Below, in pieces: positions 42,180-43,253 of a stretch of 43,253 nucleotides of DNA. A program made the translations under genes and the position numbers. The DNA is from a virus: UHGV virus genome UHGV-0234047; one strand, 5' to 3'. Below the pieces are notes generated by a model that was given only the letters and a program-made list of their open reading frames with translations, was not told the DNA's origin and searched no databases. Position 1 is the stretch's first letter. Every line of letters starts with the position of its first letter.

Positions 42180-43253
42180 ATGGGACAGTTAAGAACAAGG
42201 AAACGTGGCTCCACCTGGGAATGGTCCTTTGAAGGGGCCAAAATCAATGGAAAGCGGAACCCCATCAGCCAGGGAGGGTACCGCACCAAGGCCGAGGCCA
42301 TCACTGCCGGCACCCAAGCCAAGGCCGAATATGACTCTGCCGGCCGCAGGTTTACCCCTTCGGACATCAGCATGTCCGATTATCTGGATTACTGGTATGA
42401 AAACTATGTCAAGGCCAACCTTGCGCACAACACCCAGGTGGGCTATGAGCGTTTAATCCGTGTCCACCTCAAACCGGCATTCGGAAAATACCGGCTGGCA
42501 TCATTGGAGACAGATGTTATCCAAAAATGGATTGATGGAATGAAGCGTCAAGGCTATTCCAGGAGCATGGTTAAAAATACATTATCCTGCCTGTCCGGCG
42601 CCCTGGGGTATGCGGTATATCCCTGTAAATACATCAAGTATAATCCCTGTGATTATGCCAGGATACCGAAGATAGTTATGTCTGAGAAGGCCAAGGCACA
42701 CACAGAATATATCTGCGTCAAAGAGGACTTTGCAGCCATCATTGAGCGCTTTGGCCCGGATAGCAATTTCTATGTGCCACTCATGACTGGATACCACTGT
42801 GGTACCCGCCTGGGGGAGACTTATGGTATTGACTTGCTGCATGACGTAGATTTCGAGCACCACACCATAACCATCCGGCACCAGCTTGCCAACGAGGGTG
42901 GAAAGTGGTATTACCGGTCACCAAAATATGATTCTGTCAGAACTATAAAAATCCTACCAGAGTACGAGAAAATACTGAAAGCAGAAATCCGTAACCGCAA
43001 AAAGAACATGCTCCGGTACGGCCAGTATTTTACAAAGACGTTTCAAATGGACGATAGCTTAATCTTTCAGGCTCCTGCCAACGTCAAAATTGTTGGCAAG
43101 GAAATAATGCCAATAAGCACCAAAGAAAACGGCGAGCTGCTTACCCCTTACTCATTCAAGTACTGCGCCAAGGTTATCCATGAGGAATTGGGAAACCCAT
43201 TATTCCACAGCCATTGCCTACGTCATACTCATGGCACGTTGTTGGCGGAGAAT
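42180..43253 (+). CDS. int: Tyrosine integrase (N-terminal 358 codons; the ORF leaves the window and continues at 1..132)
   Basis: RBS AGGAGGA, ATG at 42180 (MGQLRTRKRGSTWEW..). N-terminal SAM-like core-binding domain (..YLDYWYENYV..). Catalytic Arg in ..TGYHCGTRLGETYGI.. and the HxxR box ..HCLRHTHGT.. near the window end. Confidence 0.9.
   Translation, partial: MGQLRTRKRGSTWEWSFEGAKINGKRNPISQGGYRTKAEAITAGTQAKAEYDSAGRRFTPSDISMSDYLDYWYENYVKANLAHNTQVGYERLIRVHLKPAFGKYRLASLETDVIQKWIDGMKRQGYSRSMVKNTLSCLSGALGYAVYPCKYIKYNPCDYARIPKIVMSEKAKAHTEYICVKEDFAAIIERFGPDSNFYVPLMTGYHCGTRLGETYGIDLLHDVDFEHHTITIRHQLANEGGKWYYRSPKYDSVRTIKILPEYEKILKAEIRNRKKNMLRYGQYFTKTFQMDDSLIFQAPANVKIVGKEIMPISTKENGELLTPYSFKYCAKVIHEELGNPLFHSHCLRHTHGTLLAEN

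Noticed and set aside
1-43253. CRISPR arrays, rRNA or tRNA genes, IS elements
   Set aside because: No regularly spaced direct repeats with unique spacers, no rRNA-like stretches, no cloverleaf-compatible segments in the non-coding gaps examined, and no transposase-like ORF with terminal inverted repeats.

Overview
The window reads as one complete, circularly permuted genome of a temperate tailed phage (43,253 bp) from a low-GC Gram-positive (Clostridia-like) host, with no flanking host DNA. It has a contractile tail of the PBSX/Xkd type. A tyrosine integrase gene starts at 42180, runs off the 3' end, and continues in the same codon phase at nt 1 (stop at 130-132). This implies the source molecule or assembly is circular.

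Gene order on the minus strand, from high to low coordinates, is as follows.
- Early region (38950 down to 35092): Cro-like XRE regulator, Bro-N/KilAC antirepressor, excisionase-family HTH protein, several small proteins, then a recombination module (YqaJ exonuclease, DUF1351-like protein, RecT).
- Replication and accessory region (34176 down to 24687): two hypothetical proteins, an Hjc-like Holliday-junction resolvase, a DnaD/replisome-organizer-like initiator with internal iterons, a G39P-like helicase loader, and an orphan DNA methyltransferase flanked by many small Cys-rich ORFs.
- Late region (24241 down to 3039): an ArpU/RinA-like late activator, an AT-rich moron encoding a membrane protein with its own promoter and terminator, terS, terL, portal, MuF-like head morphogenesis protein, scaffold, major capsid, connectors, sheath, tube, a tail chaperone with an apparent -1 frameshift, tape measure, LysM protein, baseplate proteins, tail fibre, and a lysis cassette (membrane proteins, holin-like protein, CHAP endolysin with cell-wall-binding repeats).

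On the plus strand is a lysogeny module: an XRE repressor, an ImmA-like HEXXH metallopeptidase, a secreted cell-wall-binding-repeat protein, a 4-TM protein, a DUF4352-like lipoprotein and the integrase. After the integrase stop come an attP-like repeat region, a small plus-strand two-gene module (small protein plus GNAT-fold protein), and a minus-strand lipoprotein gene.

The most notable non-genic signals are:
- a recurrent 16-18 bp palindrome GTTGCGATATCGCAAC (three copies plus a 12-mer core copy);
- a -1 slippery heptamer A_AAA_AAC at the end of the tail chaperone gene, with a 57-codon stop-free extension that ends just before the tape-measure start;
- iteron-like tandem repeats inside the replication initiator gene;
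- an operator array in the divergent repressor/cro switch;
- a remnant of an immA-like gene that marks a module exchange.

All functional calls rest on motifs read by eye. No database search was run.
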